Positions 27,603 to 40,234 of a stretch of DNA of 64,000 nucleotides are shown in pieces. The stretch comes from Dictyostelium discoideum (lineage: Eukaryota), in assembly GCA_000004695.1 (NCBI GenBank), contig CM000152.2, positions 2,880,001 to 2,944,000 of the forward strand. The letters run 5' to 3'. Under the pieces are notes generated by a model. That model saw only the letters and a list, made by a program, of their open reading frames with translations. It had not been told where the DNA came from and searched no databases. Numbering within the stretch: position 1 is the first letter of the stretch; each line of letters starts with the position of its first letter. Made by a program: the position numbers and the translations under genes.

Positions 27603-28247
27603 TATTATTTGTTACAACGATTTCAGGAGCAATTTCAGAAGCATTGGCATCTGTAATTTGGGTACCATTTGATGTTGCAACACAATCAGTACAAATTCAA
27701 GGATCATTAAGTAAACCAAAATATAAAGGTGGTTCAGATGTATTTAAAAAGATATATGGTGAAAGAGGAATTAAAGGATTATATAAAGGATTTGGCGCAA
27801 CTATAATTAGAAATGTACCATATTCTGGTATTTGGTGGGGTACTTATGAAATATCGAAATCGAAACTTACCCAATTTAACATTAGACAAAAGTTAGGTTT
27901 AAAAGAACGTTCATCTCATTCATTAGCAGTTTCAGCGGAAATTGATAAAAATAATCCATCACATGAGGTGGAGAATGAAGATCCAATCATTCATTTTATA
28001 TCTGGTTTCTTTGCTGCTGTATTTGCAACCTCAATTACTAATCCATTGGATGTAGCAAAAACTCGTTTACAAACTGGTGTTTTCCCTGAAAATGAAAAAC
28101 CAAATTTTTATACTATTATTAAAAGTACAATTAGAAAAGAAGGTATTAGAGCCCTATGGAAAGGTTTAGTACCATCTTTATTAACTTCAACTCCATATTC
28201 AATGATTTCAATTTTCCTTTATGAAGAAGTAAAAAAATTATCTTTAA

Positions 28248-28252
<5 letters not shown>
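27603..28252 (+). CDS. mitochondrial carrier, exon 3 (repeats 2 and 3: PFDVATQSVQ, PLDVAKTRLQ)
   Basis: AG acceptor at 27601-27602. It is preferred over the AG at 27625-27626 because it restores a full-length transmembrane helix. Stop at 28252. Confidence 0.6.
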
Positions 28253-28284
<32 letters not shown>

Positions 28285-28402
28285 TTAAAAAAGTATATAT
28301 ATATATTTAATTTTTAATTTTTTATTTTTTTATTTAATTTAAAGAGTATTGGTATAATTAAATGTAATATTATTTGTTTGGTTTGGTTTTTTTTTTTTTT
28401 TT

Positions 28403-29200
28403 TTAAAGGACAAGAGCTAAAGCAGCAGATGCAGCTAAAAGCAAAACATTGACAACAAGGGTTGATGAGGTATTACCAGAGGCAGTGGCATCAGTCTTTG
28501 GTTTAGCTTTGTCACCAGCTTTTGCTTCTGGATCAGCACTATCAAGGGATTCATCTTGAGTAGTTTTTGGTTTGGCATCAGTTTTTGGTGAACCAGCTTT
28601 GGTTTTAGTTTCATCAGTCTTTGGTTTGGCATCATTGGTATTTGATGATGGTTTGGCTTTATTGGAAGCATTGTTTTCTTTGTTATCACTAACATTTGAT
28701 GATGGTTTAGCTTTATTGTTAGCGGTATTTGAATCTTTGGTGGCTGCTGAATTTGGTTTAGCATTTTCATTGTTTTGAGCATCATTTGTATTTTGGAGAT
28801 CCTCATGTTCATGTTGTTCCATATCTTTAGTTGCTGCCATTTTGTTGGCATGATCTTTAGCATCCTTTTCAAACCATTTTTGTTGATCTTGTTGTTGTTT
28901 TTGACTTACTATAACCTTATTGACATAGATATTAGCTGAATCGGTAACAATGAATTCACCAGCTTCATTAAATTGTTGCTTGGCAGAATCTTTTGGAGAA
29001 AGGTTTGCAAATGATTGAGATTCTCCTTGAATGGTTAAAACATGTTTATTATTATCTCTTACATGGAAATTAATTCTATCACCTTGTTCAATATTTAATT
29101 CAAAACTTTCACCTTTTGATAATGAAACAATATGATCTCTTGCAAATACTCCATTATGTGCTGCATAAATAACTAAAAGAAATGCTGCTAATAATCTCAT
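28403..29200 (-). CDS. secreted / probably GPI-anchored protein with Lys-Pro-Ser/Thr-rich repeats (NKAKPSSN units)
   Basis: Single ORF. N-terminal signal peptide MRLLAAFLLVIYAAHNGVFA and C-terminal hydrophobic tail LVVNVLLLAASAALALVL. GC-richer than its surroundings. Confidence 0.6.
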   Translation of the reverse strand: MRLLAAFLLVIYAAHNGVFARDHIVSLSKGESFELNIEQGDRINFHVRDNNKHVLTIQGESQSFANLSPKDSAKQQFNEAGEFIVTDSANIYVNKVIVSQKQQQDQQKWFEKDAKDHANKMAATKDMEQHEHEDLQNTNDAQNNENAKPNSAATKDSNTANNKAKPSSNVSDNKENNASNKAKPSSNTNDAKPKTDETKTKAGSPKTDAKPKTTQDESLDSADPEAKAGDKAKPKTDATASGNTSSTLVVNVLLLAASAALALVL

Positions 29201-29240
29201 TTTTTTTCTTTTTTTATTGTAATAAATTAATTATTATTTA

Positions 29241-29273
<33 letters not shown>

Positions 29274-29606
29274 GTTAAAAACCTTTAAATAATAAATTAA
29301 TTAATATTTTTATTTATAATCAATTTTTTATTTATATTTTTATTATTTTGTTTATTTTTTTTTTTTTTTTGGTAAGACTTACTTTCAAATTTAATTTTTA
29401 GATAAATAATAAATTGTTTTTATGTATAATAATTATCAATGAGAAAAAAAAAAAATAATGTAAAAAAAAATAAATGAAAAGAAAAAAACAATTAAAAATA
29501 TAATTAAAAAATATTTACCAAATAATTAATTATTTTTGATTTTTTTTTTTTTTTTTTTAATTTTACAACATTTAATAATTGTATTTGTTTAACAATTTAT
29601 TTATTA

Positions 29607-29640
<34 letters not shown>

Positions 29641-30122
29641 GTTTTCTATCATATGAATTTCAATGGAAAAAAATAGTACTTGTGGGTGAATGTGTGTAAT
29701 AATTTTGAAAGTGTGTTTAATAATATCTGTTTTCAAGAATTATCTTATTCTACAATTTTTTTTTTTTCTTCAAATTTTGTATTCCAATGAAATAAATATA
29801 AAAATGAAACAATTAATAAATAATAAACCCATTTTCAAGAATACAAATTAACCACTTTTTTTTTTTTTTTTTTTTGCTCGCACTATTAGTTATTAACTCA
29901 AACCCCCACTTCACTCCCACTCCCCCTCCCACTACTTTTCAAACATTTTACAACTCATTGAATGAAAATTGTTTTTTTTTTTTTTCTTTTTTTTCCAAAC
30001 TCAAAAAAAAAAAAAAAATAATAATTATTAATATTAATAGTGCTCAAAAGAAAAAAATTATATTTAAATAAATAAAAAAAAAATAAAAATAAAAAGAATA
30101 AAATGATTTTTCTTTTTTTTCA

Positions 30123-30220
30123 GAGTGTAGTATCTACATGTTTAAATATTAATAATATATAAAAATATAATTATATATGCATATATATTATTAATATTTT
30201 TACATGAAAAAACTACACTC
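30123..30220. repeat. 98-bp near-perfect palindrome (39-bp arms GAGTGTAGT..CATGT..AATATTAATAATATATA around a 20-bp centre)
   Basis: The reverse complement of the right arm matches the left arm at 34 of 39 positions. Confidence 0.7.
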
Positions 30221-31009
30221 CCAGGAAAAATGAGAAATCATCTATAATCTTGGTTATTTTTATTTATTTTTTTTATTTTTTTTATTTTTTTTTTTTTTGG
30301 TGCCAACCAATTTTTTATTTTAAACATTTTATTGGTTTCGGTAAGTGGAAAAAAAAAAATTTTAAAAAATAAAAAAATCTTCTTTTAAGAGATTTTCCCA
30401 GCATATATATTAGGTTAACAATTGTATAATTGAATAAATAAATGTGTCAATTCATGGAATCCATTATTTTTGATCTATTAGGAGTTTTAAATCTTTGAAT
30501 AACTTAAAAATAAAATGTGAGATTTAATTTTTTTTTTTTTTTTTTTTTTTTAACGTTTGATTGATTAAACAAAAAATAGGTATCACTATGTCTTTTTTGT
30601 TTTTTTTTATTTTTTATTATTTTTTTTTTTTTTTTTTTGTGAAGAGTAAAATCACTTTAATTTCAGATTTGGGTGGAAAAAAAAAAATGTTATTATTTAT
30701 ACAAAAAATAAAAAAAATAATGTTATATAGAAGGTGAAAATAATAATGATAAAAAAAAAAAAAAAAAAAAAACACAACTTCTAAAATAGCAAAACCACCA
30801 CTCTATATCAATTGAAACAATTTTGATTTGTTTATAATAATGATTATTTTTATTTTTTTTTTTTTTTATTTTTTTTTTATTTTTATTTTTTTATTTTTTT
30901 TTTTTTTTCAAAAAAAAAAAAAAAAAAAAAATTAATTGGCTAAAACTGATTCACTATTGTGGTTTTTTTTTTTTTAAAAGAAATAAATTAATTTTATTTT
31001 ATTTTTTGT

Positions 31010-31043
<34 letters not shown>

Positions 31044-31296
31044 TTTTTCATTTTCTCTTTTAACGTTCTACATTTTATTATTTATTATTTATTATTTATT
31101 ATTATTTTTTCATATTATTTATATTATATTTTCTTTGAAAAAAAAAAAAAAATAGAAAAAAAAAATAGTGTCCCAATCCCAATTGAAAAAAAAAAAAAAT
31201 TCCAACAATTTTTCAGATTTTTTTTTAGTTCGCCTATATAAAACGTTTTATAAATAAATACACTTTATTCGAAGTAATTAAAAAAATAAAAAAAAA

Positions 31297-31324
31297 ATGG
31301 ATACCACTGTTGGTGAAGACCATG
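31297..31324 (+). CDS. IQ-motif DH-PH RhoGEF, exon 1 (MDTTVGEDH)
   Basis: ATG at 31297. GTAAGT donor at 31325, phase 1. Confidence 0.55.
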
Positions 31325-31494
31325 GTAAGTTTTTTTCTAATCACTTTTTTTTTTATTTTTTATTTTTTTTTTTATTTTTATTTCGTCTGGATTGGATCTT
31401 TTATTTTGACCCCTTTTTTTTTTTTTTTAACTTTTAAAATTTTTTTATTTTTTTTATTTTCTATTTTTTTTTATTTTTTATTTTTTGAAAACAG

Positions 31495-31542
31495 ATAAAA
31501 GAAAGACAGCACCACCAGGGGCAGTAAATAATCCAACAACAA

Positions 31543-31612
<70 letters not shown>

Positions 31613-32511
31613 GTCATCGTCATCGTCATCGTCATCATCATCACAATCACCAACAACATCAACAACAAAAATACCAAATAGAGTATCAATGATTGCAAAA
31701 TCCTCAACTGCATCATCATCTGATAGCTCTTTAAATAATACAGCAACAACAACAAAACCAACTCAATTTGGAAGATCAGCATCAATGATAGTTCCTAAAA
31801 ATCAAATTGAGCAGCAACAACAACCACAACAACAACAACAATCGCAACAACAATCATCATCACCAGATGTTTCAACAGAAAAGAAAATCCCACCAAAAGT
31901 AACACCAAGATCATCTTTATCAATTAATAAAGTACCAACTACAACCTCAACAACTTCAACTTCAACTTCAACAACAACAACAACAACAGCACCCCAACCA
32001 AAATCACAATCAACATTATCAATTAATAAAGCAAATACATCACCACCATCATCATCATCAAAATTATCAGCATCAATTTCAGCAAATGGTGGTACAACAC
32101 TTACAGAATCAAATAGTTTAGAGAGTATTAATGATACTTCTAGTGATGGATCAGAGTTGAATAAATATTTAAATGATGATGATCATCAAACCAATGAAAA
32201 TAATGATGAAGATGAAGAAGATGATGATGAAATTGAGGAAGAGGAAGAAATGCATGATAACTTTTTAAAGGAATTAGGTTTAGGTGACCGTGATACTATT
32301 AATGCATTAAAAGAACAAGAAAGAAAAGAAATGGAATTATTAGCAGGTGGTAAAGCATTTAGAATCACTAGAAGTTTTGTTGGTGTTCAAAATAATACTA
32401 GAGATAGATCAGCATCATTATTCGATCGTAATATTGGTGGTTCAAGTAATTTAATTGGTAGTGGTGTTGGTGGTACTAGAGTTGTATCATCAATGGTAAC
32501 ACCATCACAGC

Positions 32512-32564
<53 letters not shown>

Positions 32565-32964
32565 GGAGGAGGTAATAGAATGATAACTCATAGTAAACCA
32601 CCAGTTTCAAATAGTACTAAACCTTCTCCAACTATTAATACTACTAATAATAACACTACAACACCAACACCAACACCAACACCAACAAATCAACAACCAT
32701 CATCATTATCAACATCACCAACTAAATCAGGAATTCAATCAGTACAAATGAAAACTCAAAGTGGTAGAGTTATAAATAATCCAAGAATATCAGTTATGAT
32801 TCATCAACGTGCACCACCAAAAAAACCATTACCACCAACTCCACCAGTTAGAAAACCACCACCATCTGCAGCAATATCTGAAAATCCTGCAATTATAAAA
32901 GCAACAATAACAATTCAAAGAGCATATAGACGTTATAAAGAATGTTTACCATTAATTAAATTAA
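31495..32964 (+). CDS. RhoGEF, exon 2 (poly-Ser, S/T/Q-rich region, acidic block, poly-Q, Pro-rich, IQ motif IQRAYRRYKE)
   Basis: AG acceptor at 31493-31494. In frame with the 31485..32996 ORF. GTAAGT donor at 32965. Confidence 0.65.
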
Positions 32965-33081
32965 GTAAGTTTTATTTTTATTATTATTATTATTAATTAT
33001 ATATATATATAAATATGTATATATAAATTTATTAATTTTTTTAATTTTTTTTTTAATTTTTTTAATTTTTTTTTATTTTAG

Positions 33082-33707
33082 AATTATTGTATAGATATAG
33101 ATGGAATATTGTTCAAGAAATTTATAATACAGAAAAAACTTATATATCAACATTGAAACAATTATCAACACATTTTATAGAACCATTAAGAAAGAGTTCA
33201 TTAATTAGTCAAGAAGATGTTAAATTTATATTTGGTGGTATTGATAGTATTAGTGCAATTAATAATACCCTAATGAATGATATTGAATCAGTATTGGATA
33301 AATGGACACCTTATTCAGTGTTGGGTAGTTGTTTTACAACGATGGGTGTTTATTTAAAAGCATACACTGATTATGTTAAAAACTTTGATTTTGGACTTCA
33401 ACGTATTTGTCAATGTGGAAAGGATTCAAAATTTACAGCATTCATTAAAGCGGCCGAAGAGAAAACTGTACCACGTTCAAGATTGGAATCATTATTAATC
33501 ACACCAGTTCAACGTATTCCAAGATATGTACTCTTATTACAAGATCTCTTAAAACATACTGAAGTATCTCATCCTGATTTCCCTCATTTAACAAAAGCTT
33601 TAGAATTGGTTAAAAATATTGCAATGTCAATTAATGATACAAAGAGACAATCTGATAATTCTTTAAAAGTTGTTGAAGTTCAAAATAAATTAATTGGAAA
33701 ATGTCCT
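33082..33707 (+). CDS. RhoGEF, exon 3 (DH/RhoGEF domain)
   Basis: AG acceptor at 33080-33081. EIYNTEKTYISTLKQL...LLITPVQRIPRYVLLLQDLLKHT is a classic Dbl-homology signature. GTAAGT donor at 33708. Confidence 0.7.
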
Positions 33708-33793
33708 GTAAGTAAATTTAAAAAAATTTTAAAAAATATTTTAAAAATTATTAAAATTTTAATATTAATATTAATATATATTTTACCAATAAG

Positions 33794-34013
33794 AATCTTG
33801 TTATTGCAGATAGAAGATATGTTTATGAAGGTTATATATTAGTTGGTGATGTTTCAAGTAAATCAAAAAGAGTCTACGTATTTTTATTTAATGATATTTT
33901 AATTTTCTCAAAACCAACAACAAACAAAATATTTAATAGTAAAACTAAATTTAAATTTTTAAAATGTGAAGATTTATTTCCAAGTCCAATGTTAACTGAT
34001 ATACCAAATAATC
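33794..34013 (+). CDS. RhoGEF, exon 4 (PH domain, first part)
   Basis: AG acceptor at 33792-33793. RRYVYEGYILVGDVSSKSKRVYVFLFNDILIFSKP. GTATGT donor at 34014. Confidence 0.6.
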
Positions 34014-34120
34014 GTATGTTAATTTAATTTTCAAAAATTAATAACTTTATATTTATATTTATTTTCAAAATTCTAAAAATTTTATACTTTTTATTTTTTA
34101 TTTTTTTTTTTATTATTTAG

Positions 34121-34264
34121 CTTTATGGACAAATTGTTTTGAAATTATATTACAATCAGTTGAATTAAAATTTTTTGCAGAAACTCCAGAATCAAAAGTT
34201 GTATGGTTATCACAACTTCAAAAAGTTTTTAGTGATATTGGTACTCAACAAATTAAAAATGAAA
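34121..34264 (+). CDS. RhoGEF, exon 5 (PH domain end: WTNCFEIILQSVELKFFAETPESKVVWLSQLQKVF)
   Basis: AG acceptor at 34119-34120. GTAAGT donor at 34265. Confidence 0.6.
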
Positions 34265-34347
34265 GTAAGTAAAATAAAAATCATTATTTATTTATTATTA
34301 TTTTATTTAAATAATATTAATATATTTTTTTTTTTTATTTTAATTAG

Positions 34348-34710
34348 AATTAGTAAATTATAAAAAAGCAGAAGAAAAAGCAAATGATTTTAAAAAGTTT
34401 ATAGATTATCAATATACATCATTGAAATTAAAAGGTAAAACTGGAAGAGGTGCAACAATGTCATTAAATAATATGGAAGATGCCATTCCATCATCACCAA
34501 CACCACAACCTCAAACACAACCACAAAGTAATAATGAAGTTAGTGAGAATGGTAATGGATTAGATGTTCAAAATGAACAACCACAATTAATACAACAACA
34601 ATCATCACCATCATTATCAAATTCAGCATCATCAACTCCATCACCACAAAATCAATCACCACAATTACAATCTCAAACTGATCCACAATTAAGACAATAT
34701 CCAAATTTAT
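34348..34710 (+). CDS. RhoGEF, exon 6 (P/Q/S-rich)
   Basis: AG acceptor at 34346-34347. An in-frame alternative exists at 34352-34353. GTAAGT donor at 34711. Confidence 0.5.
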
Positions 34711-34731
34711 GTAAGTTTATTTCATGAAAAG

Positions 34732-34792
<61 letters not shown>

Positions 34793-34845
34793 GAAAAAGG
34801 TGGAAAAAGGTGGAAAACTAATAATAATAATTGTTTTATTAATAG

Positions 34846-35408
34846 TGAGACAAACAACATTCCATAAAATGTCTTATCAAACTAGAATGGAAGCAATTAA
34901 AGATGCAGAAGAACAAACTAATATATTAAAACAAGAAGAACAAACCAAACAAGAATTATTGAAACAAGAAGAACAAACCAAACAAGATTTATTAACAAAA
35001 CAAACCAATGAAGAGAATAAGAAAACTCATAAGGATCAATTAAATGAAATTTATAAATCTGGTACTGGTAGTGGTATGGTAGGAACTGTTGGAAGATCAT
35101 TCTTTAAACCAGCCAATAATGGCGGTATTGCTGGTGGTGAAAATGTTGAACCTTCAAACGAACAAAAATATGAAACCTTGAAAGGAACTAAAGCAACCAC
35201 TAGCGCACCTTCATTAAATAAAATATTTTCAATAGTATCATCAACTTCAAAAGAAAAAGAAAAAGAAAAGGAAAAAGAAAAGGAGAAAGAAAAAGAAAAA
35301 GAGAGAGAAAGAAAACAAACAATGCAAAAATCTTCTCTAAATTTAAAAGCTTTAAATTCTGAATTATCTTCTTTAAATAATAATAATAATAATATTATTA
35401 AAAAATAA
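34846..35408 (+). CDS. RhoGEF, exon 7 (coiled-coil EEQTKQ repeats, (KE)n, terminal poly-N)
   Basis: AG acceptor at 34844-34845. The preceding intron holds a ~60-nt poly(T) and GGAAAAAGGTGGAAAAAGGTGGAAAA. Stop at 35408. Confidence 0.5.
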
Positions 35409-35616
35409 TAATAATAATAATAATAATAATAATTATATATATATATAAAATCAAGAATGATAAAGATGTAAAATTTAAACAAATAAAAAAAAAAAAAAAA
35501 CAATCTGTACTACTACAAATTTAAATACCTTTTTTTTTTTTTTTTTTTTTTATTTGTTTAAAAAAAAAAAAAACTAAAGTTCGTACATTTATTGTGTTTA
35601 TTTCTTTTTATGATTA

Positions 35617-35722
<106 letters not shown>

Positions 35723-35768
35723 TGTGTTAAACATGATTATTGAGTTTGTTAAAATCTCTATTTAAATT

Positions 35769-35975
35769 TTATTCATGCATGGAATCATCTTCACTTTCAT
35801 TATTATTGGTTGATGTCGTGGTTGTGGTAGTTGTTGTGTTTTGATCATCAATATTATCATCATCTTCCTCACTATTTTGCTGTTGTTGTTCCATTTCTCT
35901 TTTAAGTTCTTTATCTTTTTCATAAGAATCATCATCGGTTTTTAATTCAAATCTACAAACTGGACAACTATTATG
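35769..35975 (-). CDS. RNF126-like E3 ligase, exon 2 (RING end HNSCPVCRFEL plus acidic tail)
   Basis: AG acceptor at 35977-35976, phase 0. It completes the C3H2C3 RING. Stop at 35769. Confidence 0.75.
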   Translation of the reverse strand, partial: HNSCPVCRFELKTDDDSYEKDKELKREMEQQQQNSEEDDDNIDDQNTTTTTTTTSTNNNESEDDSMHE

Positions 35976-36061
35976 CTTTTTTTTTTTATAGAAAATGAAG
36001 GGAATGTGTTAGTATTTATTTTTTTATTTTTTTTATTTTTTATTTTTTTTTTAATAATTAC

Positions 36062-36535
36062 TTGTTCTAACCAAGGTAATATACACTCAGGATGATATAA
36101 ATGTTGACATGGTAGTTCTATATAATCATCACCCCATTTGAATTCATCTTTACAGACTGCACAATCAACTTTTTGATCAACGATTGTTTGATCAACTCTA
36201 TCTCTTTTTAATTTTTCAATTTCTTCTTTAGATGCAGGTGGTGTACCTTTTTTTTTGCTTGCTTGAAACATTCTATTTAAAAAACCTTGCCAGTCACCCC
36301 CTTGAAAATAATCATTTGGGTTACCGACATAACCTCTGGCGCCACCGCCACCACCACCACCCATAACACCAAATCCACCCATTGAGGGTACTCCACCTAA
36401 TAATTGTGATATATTAAATAAAACTTGATCAATTTCTACTGCTTGTGGCATTTGTAAACCAAAATCAAAATCATCCTCACTACTATCATTATTTTCAACA
36501 TCACTACTGGTACTACTACTTCTGGTTCTTTGTCG

Positions 36536-36585
<50 letters not shown>

Positions 36586-37228
36586 GCTGTTGTTGTTGTT
36601 GTTGCTGTTGCTGTTGTTGTCTACGTTGTCTTGGAGCACCAAAAACATTTGTTCTAGCACCACTGGTGTTAGATGATGAAACTTGAGGGAATAATGAGGA
36701 GAGGAATAATAAAGGATCCATATTAAATTCATTATTACTAACACGAGTTCGTGAAAATGGATTACTATTTGCTGATGTATTATTGTTATTATTGTTGCTA
36801 TTATTATTGTTGTTGTTTGAAGTATTCATATTTTGTAAGAAAGAATATGGTGATGTTGGTCTGTTTGATTCTTCTGCTTCTTCTAAAAACTCTGATGCGC
36901 AATCAGGGCAAATAATTTCTTCAGGATCTGATAATCTGACATATTTTTTACATTGGTGACACCAATATTGTGGTTGTCTTATATTTGTATTTGTATTTGT
37001 ATTTATATTTGTATTTGTTGCTGTATTTGTTGTTGTTGTTGTTGTTGGTGGAGGTGTTGTGGTGGCAGTTGTGGTTGTTGATGGTGTTGTTGTGGTTGTT
37101 GATGGTGTTGTGGTTGTTGATGGTGTTGTGGTTGTTGTTGATGGTGTTGTGGTTGTTGTTGATGGTGTTGTCGTTACTGCCGTATTAATTGATTCATTAT
37201 TTGCTGTATTGTTTTCATTGTCTGCCAT
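36062..37228 (-). CDS. RING-H2 E3 ubiquitin ligase, RNF126/RNF115(BCA2)-like, exon 1
   Basis: ATG at 37228. PSTTTTT repeats. N-terminal BCA2-type zinc finger WCHQCKKYVRL...CPDCASEFLEE. Poly-Q (CAA)n. RING start CAVCKDEFKWGDDYIELPCQHLYHPECILPWLEQ. GTAATT donor at 36061. Confidence 0.75.
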
Positions 37229-37995
37229 TTATTATATGTATATATATATACTAAAGTACAAAATTATATTAAAGGAAGAAAAAAAAAAAAAAAAAAATAA
37301 AAATGAAATTAAAAAAAAATAAAAAATAAAAAATAAAAAGTGAATTAAAAAAATAAAATTAAAAAAAAAAAAAAAAAATGGATTGGCAATGCGAGTGATT
37401 TTTTATATTTTTTTTTAAATTTAATTTTTTTTTTTTTTTTTTCTTTTTTTTTTTTTTAATTTTTTTTTTTTTCCAAATTTGGTGGTAAAAATTTTTTGTT
37501 AATATTTTTTCCCTTACGACATAGATATTATAATATGACATTATAATTTTCACATTTTTTATTTTTTTTTATTTTTTTTATTTTTTTTTATTTTTAAAGA
37601 TTATAATATTCAAAAAAATAAAAAAAAAAAAAAAAAATTAATTTTTTTAATTTTATTACCATTAAATTTATTATCAATTACAAAAAAAAAAAAAAAAAAT
37701 TCCAAATTTATATATTGGTTTATAATTGTATACCTTTTTTTTACATTTTATATATTATTTTTTTTATTTTTTTTTTATTTAAAATTATTATTTTTTTATT
37801 TTTTTTATTTTAAATTACTAAAATCAATAAATATCAAAATAATAAAATCGTTCATAATCAGTCTTTATTTGATTAATTGATAAAAAATAAAACATTACCA
37901 TTAATAAAAAAATAAAAAATAATTTAAAATAAAAAATTAAAAATTTAACATTAAAAATTAAAATTTATTTTTAAAAAAAAAAAAAAAATTAAATA

Positions 37996-38713
<718 letters not shown>

Positions 38714-38828
38714 GTAATTAAATTAAATTAATTATTTAATTTTTAAATATTTTATAACTATATTTTATAAATAACTAATTTTTTTTTTTTATTTTTTTTT
38801 TATTTTTTTACTTTTTCTATTTGTATAG

Positions 38829-39019
38829 AATTACTTAATAGTGATTCAATTAATAGTGAAAAATATTTAATTGAATTAGGGACAACATATTATAAACAAG
38901 AAGATTTTAATAATGCTTTAATCTATGCTGATAAAGTATTACAATCATCACCAATGAATAGACAAGCACTATCTTTGAAATATTTATCTGAGCCAGTACC
39001 ATTAGAAGTAAAAGCATAA
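38829..39019 (+). CDS. Fis1-like TPR protein, exon 2
   Basis: AG acceptor at 38827-38828. YLIELGTTYYKQEDFNNALIYADKVLQSSPMNRQALSLK parallels Fis1 YVFYLAVGNYRLKEYEKALKYVRGLLQTEPQNNQAKEL. Stop at 39019. No C-terminal TM anchor is visible. Confidence 0.5.
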
Positions 39020-39107
39020 ATAAAAATAAAAAAAATAAATAAATTAAATGTAGAAAATTTTATATAAAAAAAAAAAAACACAAAGTTATTATTTCTTTTT
39101 ATTTATT

Positions 39108-39156
<49 letters not shown>

Positions 39157-39336
39157 AAATATTTACAAGTATATATTTTTATTATTATTGTTGTTATTAA
39201 TTATTATTATTATTATTTTAATTATTATGTTGATTATATATATAAGAGGATAAATATATTGAATGAAAAAGTTCGTGTTTGGAATATGCTATTTAAGTCT
39301 ACAATTTGCGTGAAATGAATGAAGATGGGTAGTTGT

Positions 39337-39602
39337 TTAAAGATCATCAATAGGGAATTTTTCATTGTTGTCATTATCATCATTATCAGAAGAGTCAGAG
39401 TATGATGAAAGATCACTTTCTGATTCACTTTCATCATTTTCAGAATTATCTGATGCATATTTATTAACAAATTCTTTTACTTTTATCTTATATTTTTCAG
39501 GTTCCTTTAAAAGCATCGATGCAGCTTCACCATTTAATGGGTCAGTTGGATTTGGGTATAAAAGTAATTGTGGTAAAAAGATTTCAAAAATATTTATAAG
39601 GT
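39337..39602 (-). CDS. UBE2H-like E2, exon 4 ([30 protein letters not shown]... acidic tail)
   Basis: AG acceptor at 39604-39603. Matches UBE2H [30 protein letters not shown]. Stop at 39337. Confidence 0.8.
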
Positions 39603-39700
39603 CTATATAAAAGAATTTTTATAAAAAAAAAAAAAAAATTAAAGTTAGTATATTAAAATCTAAAATTAAAATATTATTAGTATAAATAAAATTAACATAC

Positions 39701-39753
39701 CAAACATTGGACTCCAAGTTTGATTAATAACATCTAAACAAACTGAACCAGAA
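39701..39753 (-). CDS. UBE2H-like E2, exon 3 (active-site Cys: [18 protein letters not shown])
   Basis: AG acceptor at 39755-39754. GTATGT donor at 39700. Matches UBE2[19 protein letters not shown]. Confidence 0.8.
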
Positions 39754-39851
39754 CTAAATTTTTAAAATAGAAAAAAAAAGAAAAAAAAAAAAAAAGTTAA
39801 TATAAAATGAAAAATAGTTTTTTTTTTTTTAAAATAATAAATACTACATAC

Positions 39852-40046
39852 GCTAAATCGACATTTGGATGATAAATTTTATTTGTGAAACCAATTGAAG
39901 GTGATTTATATGGATAGGCTGGAGGTAATTCAACTCTAACCTTCCAACAACCACCAAAATAAGGACTATCACTTGGTCCTTTAAATTTTACAAAAAATTG
40001 TGCCATAGAATCGCCATCCATGGTAACTTCATAATCACTCATCATT
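39852..40046 (-). CDS. UBE2H-like E2, exon 2 (UBC core with HPN motif)
   Basis: AG acceptor at 40048-40047. [54 protein letters not shown] donor at 39851. Confidence 0.8.
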
Positions 40047-40190
40047 CTAGTAAATAATTTAAAATAAAAATAGTTAATAAATGTGAATAAATTTTTAATT
40101 AATTTTATTTTACTTTATTTTATTTTATTTTATTTTGTTTTGCTTTGCTTTGTTTTTTTATTTTTTATTTTTATAATTTTAAATACATAC

Positions 40191-40234
40191 AATTTGGTGA
40201 GATCCAAGTCTCTTCTTCTATTTGGTGATGACAT
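40191..40234 (-). CDS. ubiquitin-conjugating enzyme E2, UBE2H-like, exon 1 (MSSPNRRRDLDLTKL)
   Basis: ATG at 40234. Matches the human UBE2H N-terminus MSSPSPGKRRMDTDVVKLI. GTATGT donor at 40190. Confidence 0.7.

Noticed and set aside
34800-34845. Upstream part of track ORF 34800..35408 (MEKGGKLIIIIVLLIV...)
   Set aside because: Its start is not an ATG. It reads through the GGAAAAAGG repeat and the intron acceptor region. The real exon begins at the AG at 34844-34845 and continues the RhoGEF frame.
39234-39610. Track ORFs 39234..39470(-) and 39365..39610(+)
   Set aside because: Wrong frame and antisense of UBE2H exon 4. The correct frame only emerges after splicing at 39604-39603.
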